Below, piece by piece: positions 26,539 through 35,911 of a stretch of DNA of 64,000 bases. The stretch covers positions 80,532 to 144,531 of the forward strand of contig CAILLM010000004.1 in the NCBI GenBank assembly GCA_903835075.1. Direction: 5' to 3'. The notes under the pieces are model-generated. The model had not been told where the DNA came from, searched no databases, and saw only the letters and a program-made list of their open reading frames with translations. Positions within the stretch are counted from its first letter, which is position 1; each line of letters begins with the position of its first letter. This DNA comes from Candidatus Staskawiczbacteria bacterium (lineage in GTDB: Bacteria > Patescibacteriota > Minisyncoccia > Minisyncoccales > Staskawiczbacteraceae). A program made the position numbers and the translations under genes.

Positions 26539-27003
26539 ATGCCATTATTTAATTTATATAAAAAGTTGACGGAAGATCCTAAAAAAGTGTTAGAGGACAA
26601 AATCAAGAAACAGGAAGATAGGATTGATTTATTTTCAAATAGTCTGAAAGAAACAATTGAACGTGAGAGAGAATCGAGCAGGCACATGATGGAAAAAAAT
26701 CCTAAATATTGGGAAAATAGTTTTGCACATATAATAGAAGCACGGACAGAAAAAATCAAAATAAAATATTTCATTTTAGCGGAAAAATTTAGATATGAAA
26801 CGGAGAAAAAATTAAATATTACAGAAGACTGGGCTAATTATCTGAAAAAAGCAGATATGTCGATTGATAATGTGGAACATCCCGAAGCACAAGGGCAGGA
26901 GGCGACTAAGGAAGATATAGAAGAGTGGAAAGAAAATAACGAACGGCTTTATGTCGAAATAAATGAGATAGAAGATAGATTCGATAAATTATTAAAAGAT
27001 TAA
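26539..27003 (+). CDS. Hypothetical charged/helical protein
   Basis: A long ORF in operon orientation with Lys/Glu-rich helical composition. No motif. Confidence 0.5.
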   Translation: MPLFNLYKKLTEDPKKVLEDKIKKQEDRIDLFSNSLKETIERERESSRHMMEKNPKYWENSFAHIIEARTEKIKIKYFILAEKFRYETEKKLNITEDWANYLKKADMSIDNVEHPEAQGQEATKEDIEEWKENNERLYVEINEIEDRFDKLLKD

Positions 27004-27013
27004 AATTATATCT

Positions 27014-27187
27014 ATGATAGATTTTAAAAAATTGCACGAATTACAGCAAGAATATCTTATGCTTTTGGAGGCGGATCCTTTGAATAGTATTGCGGCCGTA
27101 ACTTATAGAAGCAAGGGTATCTCCATTGATGAAAGTGAAAATGAAATTAAAAGATTGGAAGCATTAATCAGGGAATTAAAAAAATAA
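27014..27187 (+). CDS. Possible small protein (57 aa), not in the ORF track
   Basis: ATG at 27014, TAA at 27185-27187. Reads MIDFKKLHELQQEYLMLLEADPLNSIAAVTYRSKGISIDESENEIKRLEALIRELKK and fills the gap before dnaK. Confidence 0.3.
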   Translation: MIDFKKLHELQQEYLMLLEADPLNSIAAVTYRSKGISIDESENEIKRLEALIRELKK

Positions 27188-27225
27188 TAAAAAAAACAAA
27201 TTAATTAATAAATAAAAAAAACATT

Positions 27226-29178
27226 ATGTCAAAAATATTAGGAATTGATTTAGGTACAACTAATTCGGCTATGGCCATTGTAGAAGGTGGTGATGCAAAA
27301 ATAATTGAAAATAAAGAAGGCGCAAGAACTACGCCTTCGATTGTGGCTGTTACAAAATTTGGGGAAAGAACAGTTGGTGTTTTGGCAAAAAGACAAGCTG
27401 TCACAAACCCGCAAAATACAATTTTTTCAGTTAAGAGATTAATTGGAAGAAAATTTTCTGACCCAGAAGTTCAGAAAGATAAAAAAACATTACCTTACGA
27501 GATTAAAGAATCAGCTGACGGTGGAGTCGATGTTAAAATGGGTGACAAATGGTTAAATCCAGCAGAAATTTCAGCAATGATTTTGCAAAAGTTAAAAGCT
27601 GATGCGGAAGCAAAAATTGGTGAAACAATTACAGATGCAATTATAACTTGCCCAGCATATTTTGATGACTCACAAAGAAAAGCTACAAAAATTGCCGGAG
27701 AAATTGCAGGCTTTAATGTAAGAAGAGTTATAAACGAACCAACTGCAGCAGCTTTGGCCTATGGATTAAATAAAAAGAAAGATGAGAAAATTGTAGTTTA
27801 TGACTTTGGTGGTGGAACTTTTGATGTAACAGCAATGGAAATTGTAGCCTCAGAAGGTGAAGATAAAGAGCAACAGGGAAGTATTGAAGTAAAATCAACT
27901 GGTGGTGACACTCACTTGGGTGGAGATGATTTTGACCAAAAAATTATGCATTGGATTGTTGCCGAATTCAAAAAAAATAGTGGAGTTGATCTTTCAAAAG
28001 ACAATTCAGCTTTGCAAAGAATCAAAGAAGCGGCTGAAAAAGCAAAAATTGAATTGTCTAGCAGTATAGAAGCTCAAATTAATTTGCCATTTATCACTTC
28101 AGATCAAGAAGGTCCAAAACACTTGGATTTAAAATTGAAACGCGCTGAGTTTGAAAATATGGTACAGGAAGACATTGATAGATCTATTAGCTTGTTAAAA
28201 CAAACATTGAAGGAATCTGGCTGGGAAGTAAAAGACATTAATGAAATTGTGTTGGTGGGCGGGCAAACAAGAATGCCAAAAATTCAAGAAGAAATTAAAA
28301 AACTTTTTGGCAAAGAACCAAACAAAGAAGTTAACCCCGATGAAGTTGTTGCAATTGGAGCTGCTATTCAGGGTGGAATTATGCAAGGAACAGCTGGAAA
28401 AGATGTTTTATTGCTTGATGTAACTCCATTATCTTTAGGAATTGAAACATTTGGTGGAGTAGATACAATTTTAATTGCAAAAAATACAACTGTGCCAACT
28501 TCAAAAAACCAAACTTTCTCAACAGCTGCTGACAGCCAGCCAAGTGTTGAAATCCATGTTTTGCAGGGTGAGCGTCCAATGGCTGCAGACAATAAAACAT
28601 TAGGTAGGTTTATGCTTGATGGAATTCCGCCAGCACCACGAGGCGTGCCACAAATTGAAGTTTCTTTTGACATTGATGCAAATGGAATTTTAAATGTTTC
28701 AGCAAAAGATAAGGCAACAGGAAAATCACAATCAATTAAAATTGAAGGTTCTTCAGGAATTTCGAAGGACGAAGTTGAAAGAATGAAAAAAGATGCAGAA
28801 ATGCACGCAACTGATGACAAAAAGAAACAAGAAGAAATTGAAGTTAAAAATACTGCAGATGCTTTGGTTTATACTTGTGAAAAAACTCTAAAAGATGCTG
28901 GTGACAAAGTAAAACCAGAAGATAAAAAAGACGTTGAGGACAAAATAACTGCCTTGAAAGAAGCACAAAAGGGTGATAATATGGAAGAAATTAAAGTAAA
29001 AACTAAAGAACTTTCCGAATTAATGCAAAAAGTTGGGGGAGAACTATATAAACAAGAGCAAACCCAAACTAACCCAGATGAAAAAGATATCCCACCCGCC
29101 TCCGCCGAAGGCTCTGGCGAGGCAAAGAAAGAAAATCAGCCAGAAGCTGAAGAAGGGAAGTTTAAAGAAGAGAAATAA
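27226..29178 (+). CDS. dnaK: Chaperone DnaK (Hsp70)
   Basis: [27 protein letters not shown], and the full substrate-binding and lid domains. Confidence 0.98.
   Translation: MSKILGIDLGTTNSAMAIVEGGDAKIIENKEGARTTPSIVAVTKFGERTVGVLAKRQAVTNPQNTIFSVKRLIGRKFSDPEVQKDKKTLPYEIKESADGGVDVKMGDKWLNPAEISAMILQKLKADAEAKIGETITDAIITCPAYFDDSQRKATKIAGEIAGFNVRRVINEPTAAALAYGLNKKKDEKIVVYDFGGGTFDVTAMEIVASEGEDKEQQGSIEVKSTGGDTHLGGDDFDQKIMHWIVAEFKKNSGVDLSKDNSALQRIKEAAEKAKIELSSSIEAQINLPFITSDQEGPKHLDLKLKRAEFENMVQEDIDRSISLLKQTLKESGWEVKDINEIVLVGGQTRMPKIQEEIKKLFGKEPNKEVNPDEVVAIGAAIQGGIMQGTAGKDVLLLDVTPLSLGIETFGGVDTILIAKNTTVPTSKNQTFSTAADSQPSVEIHVLQGERPMAADNKTLGRFMLDGIPPAPRGVPQIEVSFDIDANGILNVSAKDKATGKSQSIKIEGSSGISKDEVERMKKDAEMHATDDKKKQEEIEVKNTADALVYTCEKTLKDAGDKVKPEDKKDVEDKITALKEAQKGDNMEEIKVKTKELSELMQKVGGELYKQEQTQTNPDEKDIPPASAEGSGEAKKENQPEAEEGKFKEEK
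29101..29134 (+). repeat. GC-rich hairpin mini-insert, in frame in the dnaK C-terminal tail (encodes [11 protein letters not shown])
   Basis: cccacccgcctccgccgaaggctctggcgaggca. The stem is cctc(c)gcc/ggcgagg with a 9-nt loop. Confidence 0.5.
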
Positions 29179-29315
29179 TAGCGCTCGGGAAATGGTTTTA
29201 CGCTAGCGTTCGTTGCGCCAGCGCGCAACTCACTCAGGCTTCGGCAATTTTTCGCCTTCGGCGAACCATGCAAAATTGCCTGCAGGGTACGCTACAAATC
29301 ATTTCCCTCGCTACA
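29179..29315 (+). other. GC-rich, highly structured intergenic element between dnaK and dnaJ
   Basis: The outer helix pairs tagcg..gggaaatg.ttt (29179-29198) with aaa.catttccc.cgcta (29296-29314). Inner hairpins are gttgcgc-cagc-gcgcaac (29212-29229), and ggcaatttt/aaaattgcc (29243-51/29272-80) enclosing tcgcc-ttc-ggcga. Confidence 0.6.
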
Positions 29316-29322
29316 ATCATTT

Positions 29323-30438
29323 ATGGATTATTACGAACTTCTTGGGGTGCAGAAGACTGCATCTGAGGATGAGATAAAAAAAGCATTTCATAAACTAGCC
29401 CACAAATATCACCCAGATAAAGGTGGTGATGAAAAAAAGTTTAAAGAAATAAACGAGGCCTATCAAGTGCTTTCAGATAAACAAAAAAGAGCTCAGTACG
29501 ATCAGTACGGAAGAGTTTTTGATCAAGGCGCTGGTGATGCAGGGCAAGGTTTTAATTGGGCTTGGGGAAACGGAGCACAAGGCGAAGGCGTTGAATTTGA
29601 TATGGGTGATATTGGCGATGTATTTGAAGAATTTTTTGGAGCAGGTGCTTTTGGTGGAGGAAGACGAGCAACAAAAAAAGATGCTAGAAAAGGAAAAGAT
29701 ATACAAGTTGATATTGAAATTAATTTAGAAAGAACTTTGAAAGAATCTGTTGAAAAAATAAACTTAGCAAAACAAGTTGTTTGTAACAGGTGTGCAGGTG
29801 TAGGGGCTGAGCCAGGCACAAAAGTAAAAGAATGTTTTTCTTGCAGGGGTTCAGGGCAAGTTCAACAAGTTAAGAAAACAATTTTTGGAAGTTTTACTTC
29901 TTTGGGTGTTTGCCCTGAATGTAAGGGTGAGGGAACAATTCCCGAAAAGCCATGTAATGTTTGTAAAGGTGAAGGCCGAACAAAGGGTCAAGAAACAATA
30001 GATGTTACAATTCCCGCAGGCATTGATACTAATCAAGTTATAAGAATTGATGGAAAAGGTGAGGCAGGAAGAAAAGGCGCTAAAGCAGGGAATTTGTTTG
30101 TGCGAATTTTTGTTAAAAAACATAATGTATTTGATAGAAGGGGGGATGACTTGTTTAGTTTTGTAGATATTAATTTTTCACAGGCTGCAATGGGAGATAA
30201 TGTTGAAATGAAAATATTGGATGGGGACCTGCCAACCGGCAGGCAGGCAAACATTTTACTGGAAGTTCCCGCAGGCACGGAAACAGGTAAAGTTTTAAGG
30301 ATTTCTGGGAAGGGAATTCCGCATTTTGGAGGATATGGCAGGGGAAACTTGTATGTTGAATTTAAGGTAAAAACACCTAAAAAATTGTCTAAAAAACAGA
30401 AAGAATTGTTTGAGAGATTGAAAGAAGAAGGATTTTAG
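29323..30438 (+). CDS. dnaJ: Co-chaperone DnaJ (type I)
   Basis: J domain with YHPDK, a Gly-rich linker, and four CxxCxGxG repeats ([32 protein letters not shown]). Confidence 0.96.
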   Translation: MDYYELLGVQKTASEDEIKKAFHKLAHKYHPDKGGDEKKFKEINEAYQVLSDKQKRAQYDQYGRVFDQGAGDAGQGFNWAWGNGAQGEGVEFDMGDIGDVFEEFFGAGAFGGGRRATKKDARKGKDIQVDIEINLERTLKESVEKINLAKQVVCNRCAGVGAEPGTKVKECFSCRGSGQVQQVKKTIFGSFTSLGVCPECKGEGTIPEKPCNVCKGEGRTKGQETIDVTIPAGIDTNQVIRIDGKGEAGRKGAKAGNLFVRIFVKKHNVFDRRGDDLFSFVDINFSQAAMGDNVEMKILDGDLPTGRQANILLEVPAGTETGKVLRISGKGIPHFGGYGRGNLYVEFKVKTPKKLSKKQKELFERLKEEGF

Positions 30439-30467
30439 TGTAATATGGGTAACATATGCTCCCGTAG

Positions 30468-30539
30468 CTCAATGGTAGAGCAGTAGCCTTTTAAGCTATT
30501 GGTTCCGCGTTCGAGTCGCGGCGGGAGCACATGCGAAAA
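30468..30539 (+). tRNA. tRNA-Lys (anticodon UUU)
   Basis: Hand-folded cloverleaf. Acceptor GCTCCCG/CGGGAGC, D arm GCTC-AATGGTA-GAGC, anticodon loop CT-TTT-AA, T arm CCGCG-TTCGAGT-CGCGG. No encoded CCA. Confidence 0.9.
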
Positions 30540-30545
30540 GCCGTC

Positions 30546-30572
30546 TTAATAGGGCGGTTTTTGTTTGTGTTG
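30546..30572 (+). terminator. Rho-independent terminator after tRNA-Lys
   Basis: aaaagccgtc-ttaatag-ggcggttttt hairpin (one G-U pair) plus T-run. Confidence 0.7.
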
Positions 30573-30590
30573 GTTTATGTCCGCCAACTA

Positions 30591-30619
30591 TTGACATCTT
30601 TATTATATTATGGTAAGAT
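30591..30619 (+). promoter_or_regulatory. Promoter of the surface-protein cluster (extended -10)
   Basis: TTGACA 30591-30596, a 17-nt spacer ending in TGG, then TAAGAT 30614-30619. Confidence 0.55.
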
Positions 30620-30655
30620 TATTAATTAATCAAATATTAATTATTTATCTATATT

Positions 30656-31858
30656 ATGAACACAATGAATAAATTAATTGTTTCAGCTATATTATTATCA
30701 TTAACAGTGGTTGTTTTATATGCAACAGCTCCCGTGGTTTTAGCATGTAATTCTAGTGGCAACCAAAACGCCATAGACTACACTGATTGTTCTGGCAATG
30801 ATATTTATTGGTTTAACCAATGCAATGAAAGACTAGAACTTTACAAGCATTGTGGTGTGAATCAAATTTGTCAAAATGCATTGTGCGTAGACCAAAACAT
30901 AGGTTGTCGTACAAATTTAGATTGTGGCACAGATGCAGTTTATGGAAGTGCTTTTTGCCAAGGAAATAATGTTTATCAAAATTATAAAACATATACCTGC
31001 AATAACCCGGGGACTTCTTCAAGTACTTGTTCAAGCTCTATAACCGCAAGATTGCAAACAACTTGTTATGGAAGCCAAGCTTGTACAAACGGAAGTTGCA
31101 CCAGTTCTTGCACGCAAAATTATCAACAAAGATGTATTGGTACTAGTATGTACTGGTATGATTCATGTGGAACTCAAGGAAATTATGTAGGAACTTGTGG
31201 TCAAACAAATTCTACATTAACTGTAACAAAAACAGTTAAAGACATTACAACCAATACAGCATTTTCAACTTCAACATATGCCAGCCCATCAGATATGTTG
31301 TTGTATATGATAACATTGCAAGCAAATGGAACAGATGCTCAAAATGTTTATGTTAGAGACATATTGCCTGTCAATTTAATTTATAATAACCAACTTGTTG
31401 TTGCTAGATCTAATAATTCTTACAACAGTTATTCTGGAGATGTAATGTCTGGGTTAAATTTAAATACAATTTCTTCTGGTCAAACAGTTACAATAACTTA
31501 CCAAGTTCAAGTGGCTAGTTCAACAAATTTTATTTATGGTACTACAACATTAAATAATACAGTTACAACTACCAGCTCAAATGTTAGTTATGTGCCAAAT
31601 GCCACGGCCTCAGTTATTGTTACAAAGTCAGGAGTGTTGGGAGCTTCGTATGTTTCAACTGGTTTAACAAATAATTTTTGGGTGGACTCATTTTTCTTGC
31701 CGTTACTAATAACAGTAATTGGGCTTTGGATGTGGAAATTGGGAATGTTTTTTGGAATTGAGAAATGGTTAGATAGTAAAAGAAAAGTAAGAAGAGGTTA
31801 CCACGCGCAAAAAGAGCTTTTAAACAGAATTGAGAAAATACAAAAAGTAGGAAAATAA
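30656..31858 (+). CDS. Secreted surface protein: Cys-rich N-terminal region, a DUF11-like repeat domain, and a conserved C-terminal anchor motif
   Basis: Signal peptide and about 24 Cys in the first 180 aa. TVTKTVKD...NVYVRDILPVNLIY is DUF11-like. The C-terminus reads STGLTNNFWVDSFFLPLL, then a TM helix, then a basic tail. Confidence 0.75.
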   Translation: MNTMNKLIVSAILLSLTVVVLYATAPVVLACNSSGNQNAIDYTDCSGNDIYWFNQCNERLELYKHCGVNQICQNALCVDQNIGCRTNLDCGTDAVYGSAFCQGNNVYQNYKTYTCNNPGTSSSTCSSSITARLQTTCYGSQACTNGSCTSSCTQNYQQRCIGTSMYWYDSCGTQGNYVGTCGQTNSTLTVTKTVKDITTNTAFSTSTYASPSDMLLYMITLQANGTDAQNVYVRDILPVNLIYNNQLVVARSNNSYNSYSGDVMSGLNLNTISSGQTVTITYQVQVASSTNFIYGTTTLNNTVTTTSSNVSYVPNATASVIVTKSGVLGASYVSTGLTNNFWVDSFFLPLLITVIGLWMWKLGMFFGIEKWLDSKRKVRRGYHAQKELLNRIEKIQKVGK

Positions 31859-31867
31859 CATAAAAAT

Positions 31868-31906
31868 AAAAAAGCCGTCCGCGACGAAAGTCGGGACGGC
31901 TTTTTT
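31868..31906 (+). terminator. Strong rho-independent terminator
   Basis: gccgtcc-g-cgac-gaaa-gtcg-ggacggc followed by T6. Confidence 0.9.
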
Positions 31907-31909
31907 ATG

Positions 31910-31928
31910 TCCTGAGTTCGTCGAAGGA
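31910..31928 (+). repeat. Intergenic copy of the CCTGAG-N5-CGAAGG hairpin motif
   Basis: tcctgagttcgtcgaagga has the same core as 40406-40426 and 41017-41037. Confidence 0.45.
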
Positions 31929-31993
31929 TTGTGTATATTGACTACTTGTTTTATTATTTTAATAAGTTTAAAATAATATAATATATTCTTTTT

Positions 31994-33376
31994 ATGAAAA
32001 TAAATAAGTTTTTAATTTTTGGCAGTATTATTTTAACATCAGCTTGTTTTATTTTACAGGCACAGGCAGCTACAACAGTATCGCAGGCAGATTTGGCTCC
32101 TTTAATACAATTACCAGAAGCTCATATTACTAAAATAAGTGGCAATACAATAGAAGGAGAGTTTTCTGTTATAAATGGTGAAAAATATTATTTGAGTGAT
32201 TTAAATTATGAAATAAAATTACTGCAAGGGACTTCTTTTGATAATTACAAATTAATTGATGTTGTGGTTCCAAGTGGAACATTTTTTGTAGCTCCTGATG
32301 ATACTATTTCAAAAAATTTTACATATACTTACCCTAAAAATATTACCAATGGAAATTATGCTGTAAGAATTGAGGCCATGACTTCACGTGGCACAGAATT
32401 GGGTTGGTATGATTTAGTAACTCCATTAACTGGTGAAAACAAATTTTTAAATATTATTGTAGATAGTTCTAAAGTTGCGGTTGATAACAATGCAAATGTT
32501 TTTAATAAAACTGGTAGCACGTCAACAAATGCCACTAGCACATCTGTTGATGGAAAAATAAAACCACCAGTCAACCCGCCAGTAATTTCTTCTGTTGTTC
32601 ATAAAATTGCTACTCCACTGGAAGGGATAAATGTTAGCTCAACAGATGACGTGTCAGCATATTTGCAAATTAAAAATACAGGTAAGGCAATTACTGTTGT
32701 TCCACAAATAAAAATTTACAAAAGGCAAATTAATATGCCTGTGGTAAAAGAATATAATGATACGGCAATAACTTTTGCCAAAGGTGAAACAAAAACAATA
32801 ACTTTAAAAATGCCAAAATTAGATATACCAGAATCATATTTGGCTGAAGTTAAATTTTTTGAAAACAACCAGCAAGTTTCAGGTTTACAATATTTCAGGT
32901 GGGTAGTAGAAGGTGACAGCGGGAAAATAATTTACATAAAAGCAGATAAAGATTTTTATAAAGCAGGGGATACCATTAATTTAACAGTTCAACCTATCGG
33001 CCCAGCTGATGGTAGTAATGGTGGTCAAGGACAATTAGAAATTACTGTTTCTGATAAAAATGGAAAATTAATTTCTAAAACTTCAGAAGCAGTTTCATTG
33101 GGTGACGGATTGGTAACTTCATTAATTTCAATTCCTGTTAAAGCTGATTTAGTTTCTCCAATAATTGATGTTAAGTTGACCAAGGCAAGCAAAATTTTAG
33201 ATGAGCAAAAAATTACTTTGCCAGTGTTTTCTGCACAAGCCAAGCAAATAGAAAAACAAGCAAATCAAAAAACTTTTCAATTTTACTTAATTGTTGGTTT
33301 GTTGGCTTTGGCAATAATTGTTGTAGCGTGGTTTGTGTTTTACAAATTAAAAAAATTAGCAAATAAAAATAAATGA
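31994..33376 (+). CDS. Secreted protein with a C-terminal TM anchor (beta-sandwich-like repeats)
   Basis: Signal peptide (ILTSACFILQAQA) and a C-terminal helix LIVGLLALAIIVVAWFVF followed by KLKKLANKNK. ATGA overlap with the next gene. Confidence 0.6.
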   Translation: MKINKFLIFGSIILTSACFILQAQAATTVSQADLAPLIQLPEAHITKISGNTIEGEFSVINGEKYYLSDLNYEIKLLQGTSFDNYKLIDVVVPSGTFFVAPDDTISKNFTYTYPKNITNGNYAVRIEAMTSRGTELGWYDLVTPLTGENKFLNIIVDSSKVAVDNNANVFNKTGSTSTNATSTSVDGKIKPPVNPPVISSVVHKIATPLEGINVSSTDDVSAYLQIKNTGKAITVVPQIKIYKRQINMPVVKEYNDTAITFAKGETKTITLKMPKLDIPESYLAEVKFFENNQQVSGLQYFRWVVEGDSGKIIYIKADKDFYKAGDTINLTVQPIGPADGSNGGQGQLEITVSDKNGKLISKTSEAVSLGDGLVTSLISIPVKADLVSPIIDVKLTKASKILDEQKITLPVFSAQAKQIEKQANQKTFQFYLIVGLLALAIIVVAWFVFYKLKKLANKNK

Positions 33377-34245
33377 AAAAAATAATTGGCATTCAACTAA
33401 TTTTTCTATTTTTATTTTTTGGTTTATTTTTAGCACCACAGGCAGTTAATGCTTCTGTTGGTGTAACTTTTTCTGTGTCATCTCCAACTGCCAATACGGT
33501 ATATTATCCGGGAGAAACTATGTGTATGAATGGGACTATCACAACCACGACCTGCGGGAATACAGTAATAAGTGATGTATCATATACACTTAATTTGGCA
33601 GGACAGCAGTTTTCTGGACATCTTAATTATCTTAAAAATGCAACTACTACTTGGAACAAATGTGTGATTGTCCCCCCTACAACGCCTTGCGGTCCTACAA
33701 ACATGAATTTGGTTTTAAGCGTTGTGTCTTATCATGGAGGTTCAGCCGATACTATTAATAATGCTAATAATAGTACAGACACTTCTACCTATAATGTACC
33801 TGTTATAATTGGACAAAAGGGAGTTTGTGGCTCAGCAGTAAACACGCCTACGGCAACAAGGCCAAGCAGTGGGCTTTGTAACACGGGCAATCCTTCAAAC
33901 GTTTCAAGAAAGGAAAGTGATGGCACTTGGGATTGGTCATGTGATACAAATTATAATTACCCCAGCAATGCTGACGCAAGTTGTGTCCCAAGTAATACAC
34001 CATGCAAAGTTGCCAACACTGGAATTGTTGGAGCTTGTGGCACAAATGGTGCATCTTACCCACCTGGAAAAACATACCCCGCAGGAGCTACTTCTTTTAC
34101 TGGTACTTTTTGCATTAACAACCTAACTCCAACTCCTTCGCGACCAGTTTTCCCAACAACATCTACACCAACAACTTGGACATGCCCCAATGGTGCCTCA
34201 TATGTAACCTGTGGTGCTATTTTTACGCCAGGTGTTTGTAATTAA
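33373..34245 (+). CDS. Secreted protein carrying two copies of the four-Cys CG...LC..G...W.C...C module
   Basis: Signal peptide ending AVNA. The two modules are GVCGSAVNTP...GLCNTGNPS...WDWSC...SC and GACGTNGASY...FC...WTCPNGASYVTC. Confidence 0.65.
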   Translation: MKKIIGIQLIFLFLFFGLFLAPQAVNASVGVTFSVSSPTANTVYYPGETMCMNGTITTTTCGNTVISDVSYTLNLAGQQFSGHLNYLKNATTTWNKCVIVPPTTPCGPTNMNLVLSVVSYHGGSADTINNANNSTDTSTYNVPVIIGQKGVCGSAVNTPTATRPSSGLCNTGNPSNVSRKESDGTWDWSCDTNYNYPSNADASCVPSNTPCKVANTGIVGACGTNGASYPPGKTYPAGATSFTGTFCINNLTPTPSRPVFPTTSTPTTWTCPNGASYVTCGAIFTPGVCN

Positions 34246-34273
34246 TTGGCACGCATAATTTAAAAAATAAAAA

Positions 34274-35893
34274 GTGAAAAATATTAAATTATCATTATTA
34301 TTTATTTTTATATTGTCCTTTGGGCTGTTTTTGGTGGCTGGCACAGTTTATGCAGATTCTTATGCCAGTAATATAAACATGACTTTGCATGGCCAAACAA
34401 GCACTTACGGAAGTAATTCTTCTCATTATTACCCACCTGTTTGGGGAACTCCTGTTTTGAATTCTACATATTCTTGGGGTGGGAACAATTATACTGTTCT
34501 TGCCCCATACGGTAAAGATACGAGTTTGGACTCAAGATTTCCTTATCAATGGGATTTGTATAATATAGATAACACGGGCGGTTATTATGACCCTGGTTAT
34601 TATGAGTTTTGTGCAGTGTATCCAACATCAACAAGAACGTGGTGGGCTAATGCTAGTACAAGTTCTTCTTATGGCGACATTGCTTACAATTGCATCCCTA
34701 TTTTATTAACAGATGACCCTGTTCAACGAACTTTTTATCTTTGGTCTGGCTCAACGGGTAGTTATAGCTATGATTATGGTTTTTATACAGGCGGTGACCC
34801 AGCCCCATCAACGTGGTATTTGCCCTATCTTTACCCAGTAGCATATGATGGTTTGTGTGGAACAAATGCCAAAGCATGGGATCCAGGATCTACTCGTTTT
34901 GATACTTCTGCGGGTGCTTTCTGTGCTAGCTATCCATATGCTTCACCTAGCGTAGCTTTTCCTGCTAATGGTGGAACAACAGCACAATGGACTTGTGCAG
35001 GGTCAAACGGGGGTGCAACTGCAACATGTTACGCTGGTTTGAAGGTTAACGGAGTACCCAATACATCTCCAGCAGTTACTTCTTCTTATCACAAGCCTAA
35101 CGTGGATGATCTTTGTATTTCTGGTATTCCAACAGAAGTTTCTGGTACTGGACCTTGGTCATGGAAGTGCTTGGGAGAAAACGGTGGGACTGATAGCGTA
35201 ACTGTTACTTCGCAATTGAAAATTGATGGTGCTGTTAGTGTAAGTGTTGATAATCAACAATTATCAACACAACCAAATGTAAATAGTAGTAGTGACCCAA
35301 ATACAAATGGCAGTTATGACCTTTGCGACTTTGGTACGGTGGCATCATTTAGTGGTTCGGGTACTACGGCAAATCCTTGGAGGTGGACATGTCTTTCCCC
35401 TAACACAGGAAATTCTGACACAGGCATAGCATATCTTAAAACATTTGGAGTTTGCGGTGACTCAGCAACAACATTTACAGATTCAGATAGCTTTTATAAT
35501 TATTCAAGTGAACTTTGCAACGCAGGAACTGCTGTTGCACTTAGCCCTTCAACAGATTTAAGTTATCCAACAATATCTAATCCAACAAAAACATGGAAAT
35601 GCTTGGGCTCAAGCAGTGAGTATGACAGCCCAACTTGTACGGCAGTTCTTTCTACAACTATTACTAGCTCTGACTTGCAATGCGGAAATGCTGAAGGTGA
35701 TTATTCTGCTGGAGAAGATTTTCCACGAGAACCATGGGATTACCCTTATAACTATTGTGCGACAGGAACCTATACATCCTCAGCCTCAACTTACACCTAT
35801 AGGGTGCGTGCAATAAATAAAAATAACCAAACAGGCGCTGACCAAACTGGGAATTGGTCAAATGTTGTTAATGCTACACCGCCTTCACAATAA
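34274..35893 (+). CDS. Secreted protein with about five copies of the four-Cys module (GTG start)
   Basis: Signal peptide ending VYA. Example modules: GLCGTNAKAW...FCAS...WTCAGSNGGATATCYA, LCISGIP...WSWKCLGENGG, and FGVCGDSATT...LCNAGTA...WKCLGSS...TCTA. Confidence 0.65.
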   Translation: MKNIKLSLLFIFILSFGLFLVAGTVYADSYASNINMTLHGQTSTYGSNSSHYYPPVWGTPVLNSTYSWGGNNYTVLAPYGKDTSLDSRFPYQWDLYNIDNTGGYYDPGYYEFCAVYPTSTRTWWANASTSSSYGDIAYNCIPILLTDDPVQRTFYLWSGSTGSYSYDYGFYTGGDPAPSTWYLPYLYPVAYDGLCGTNAKAWDPGSTRFDTSAGAFCASYPYASPSVAFPANGGTTAQWTCAGSNGGATATCYAGLKVNGVPNTSPAVTSSYHKPNVDDLCISGIPTEVSGTGPWSWKCLGENGGTDSVTVTSQLKIDGAVSVSVDNQQLSTQPNVNSSSDPNTNGSYDLCDFGTVASFSGSGTTANPWRWTCLSPNTGNSDTGIAYLKTFGVCGDSATTFTDSDSFYNYSSELCNAGTAVALSPSTDLSYPTISNPTKTWKCLGSSSEYDSPTCTAVLSTTITSSDLQCGNAEGDYSAGEDFPREPWDYPYNYCATGTYTSSASTYTYRVRAINKNNQTGADQTGNWSNVVNATPPSQ

Positions 35894-35911
35894 AAATATT
35901 ATTTTAAGATA

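Noticed and set aside
26118-26774. A 218-aa minus-strand ORF antisense to the trypsin-like protease and the following gene.
   Set aside because: The plus-strand frames contain an intact His/Asp/Ser triad and fit the operon orientation. The antisense translation is Ile/Leu/Ser/Phe-rich, as expected from the complement of Lys/Glu-rich AT-rich coding DNA.
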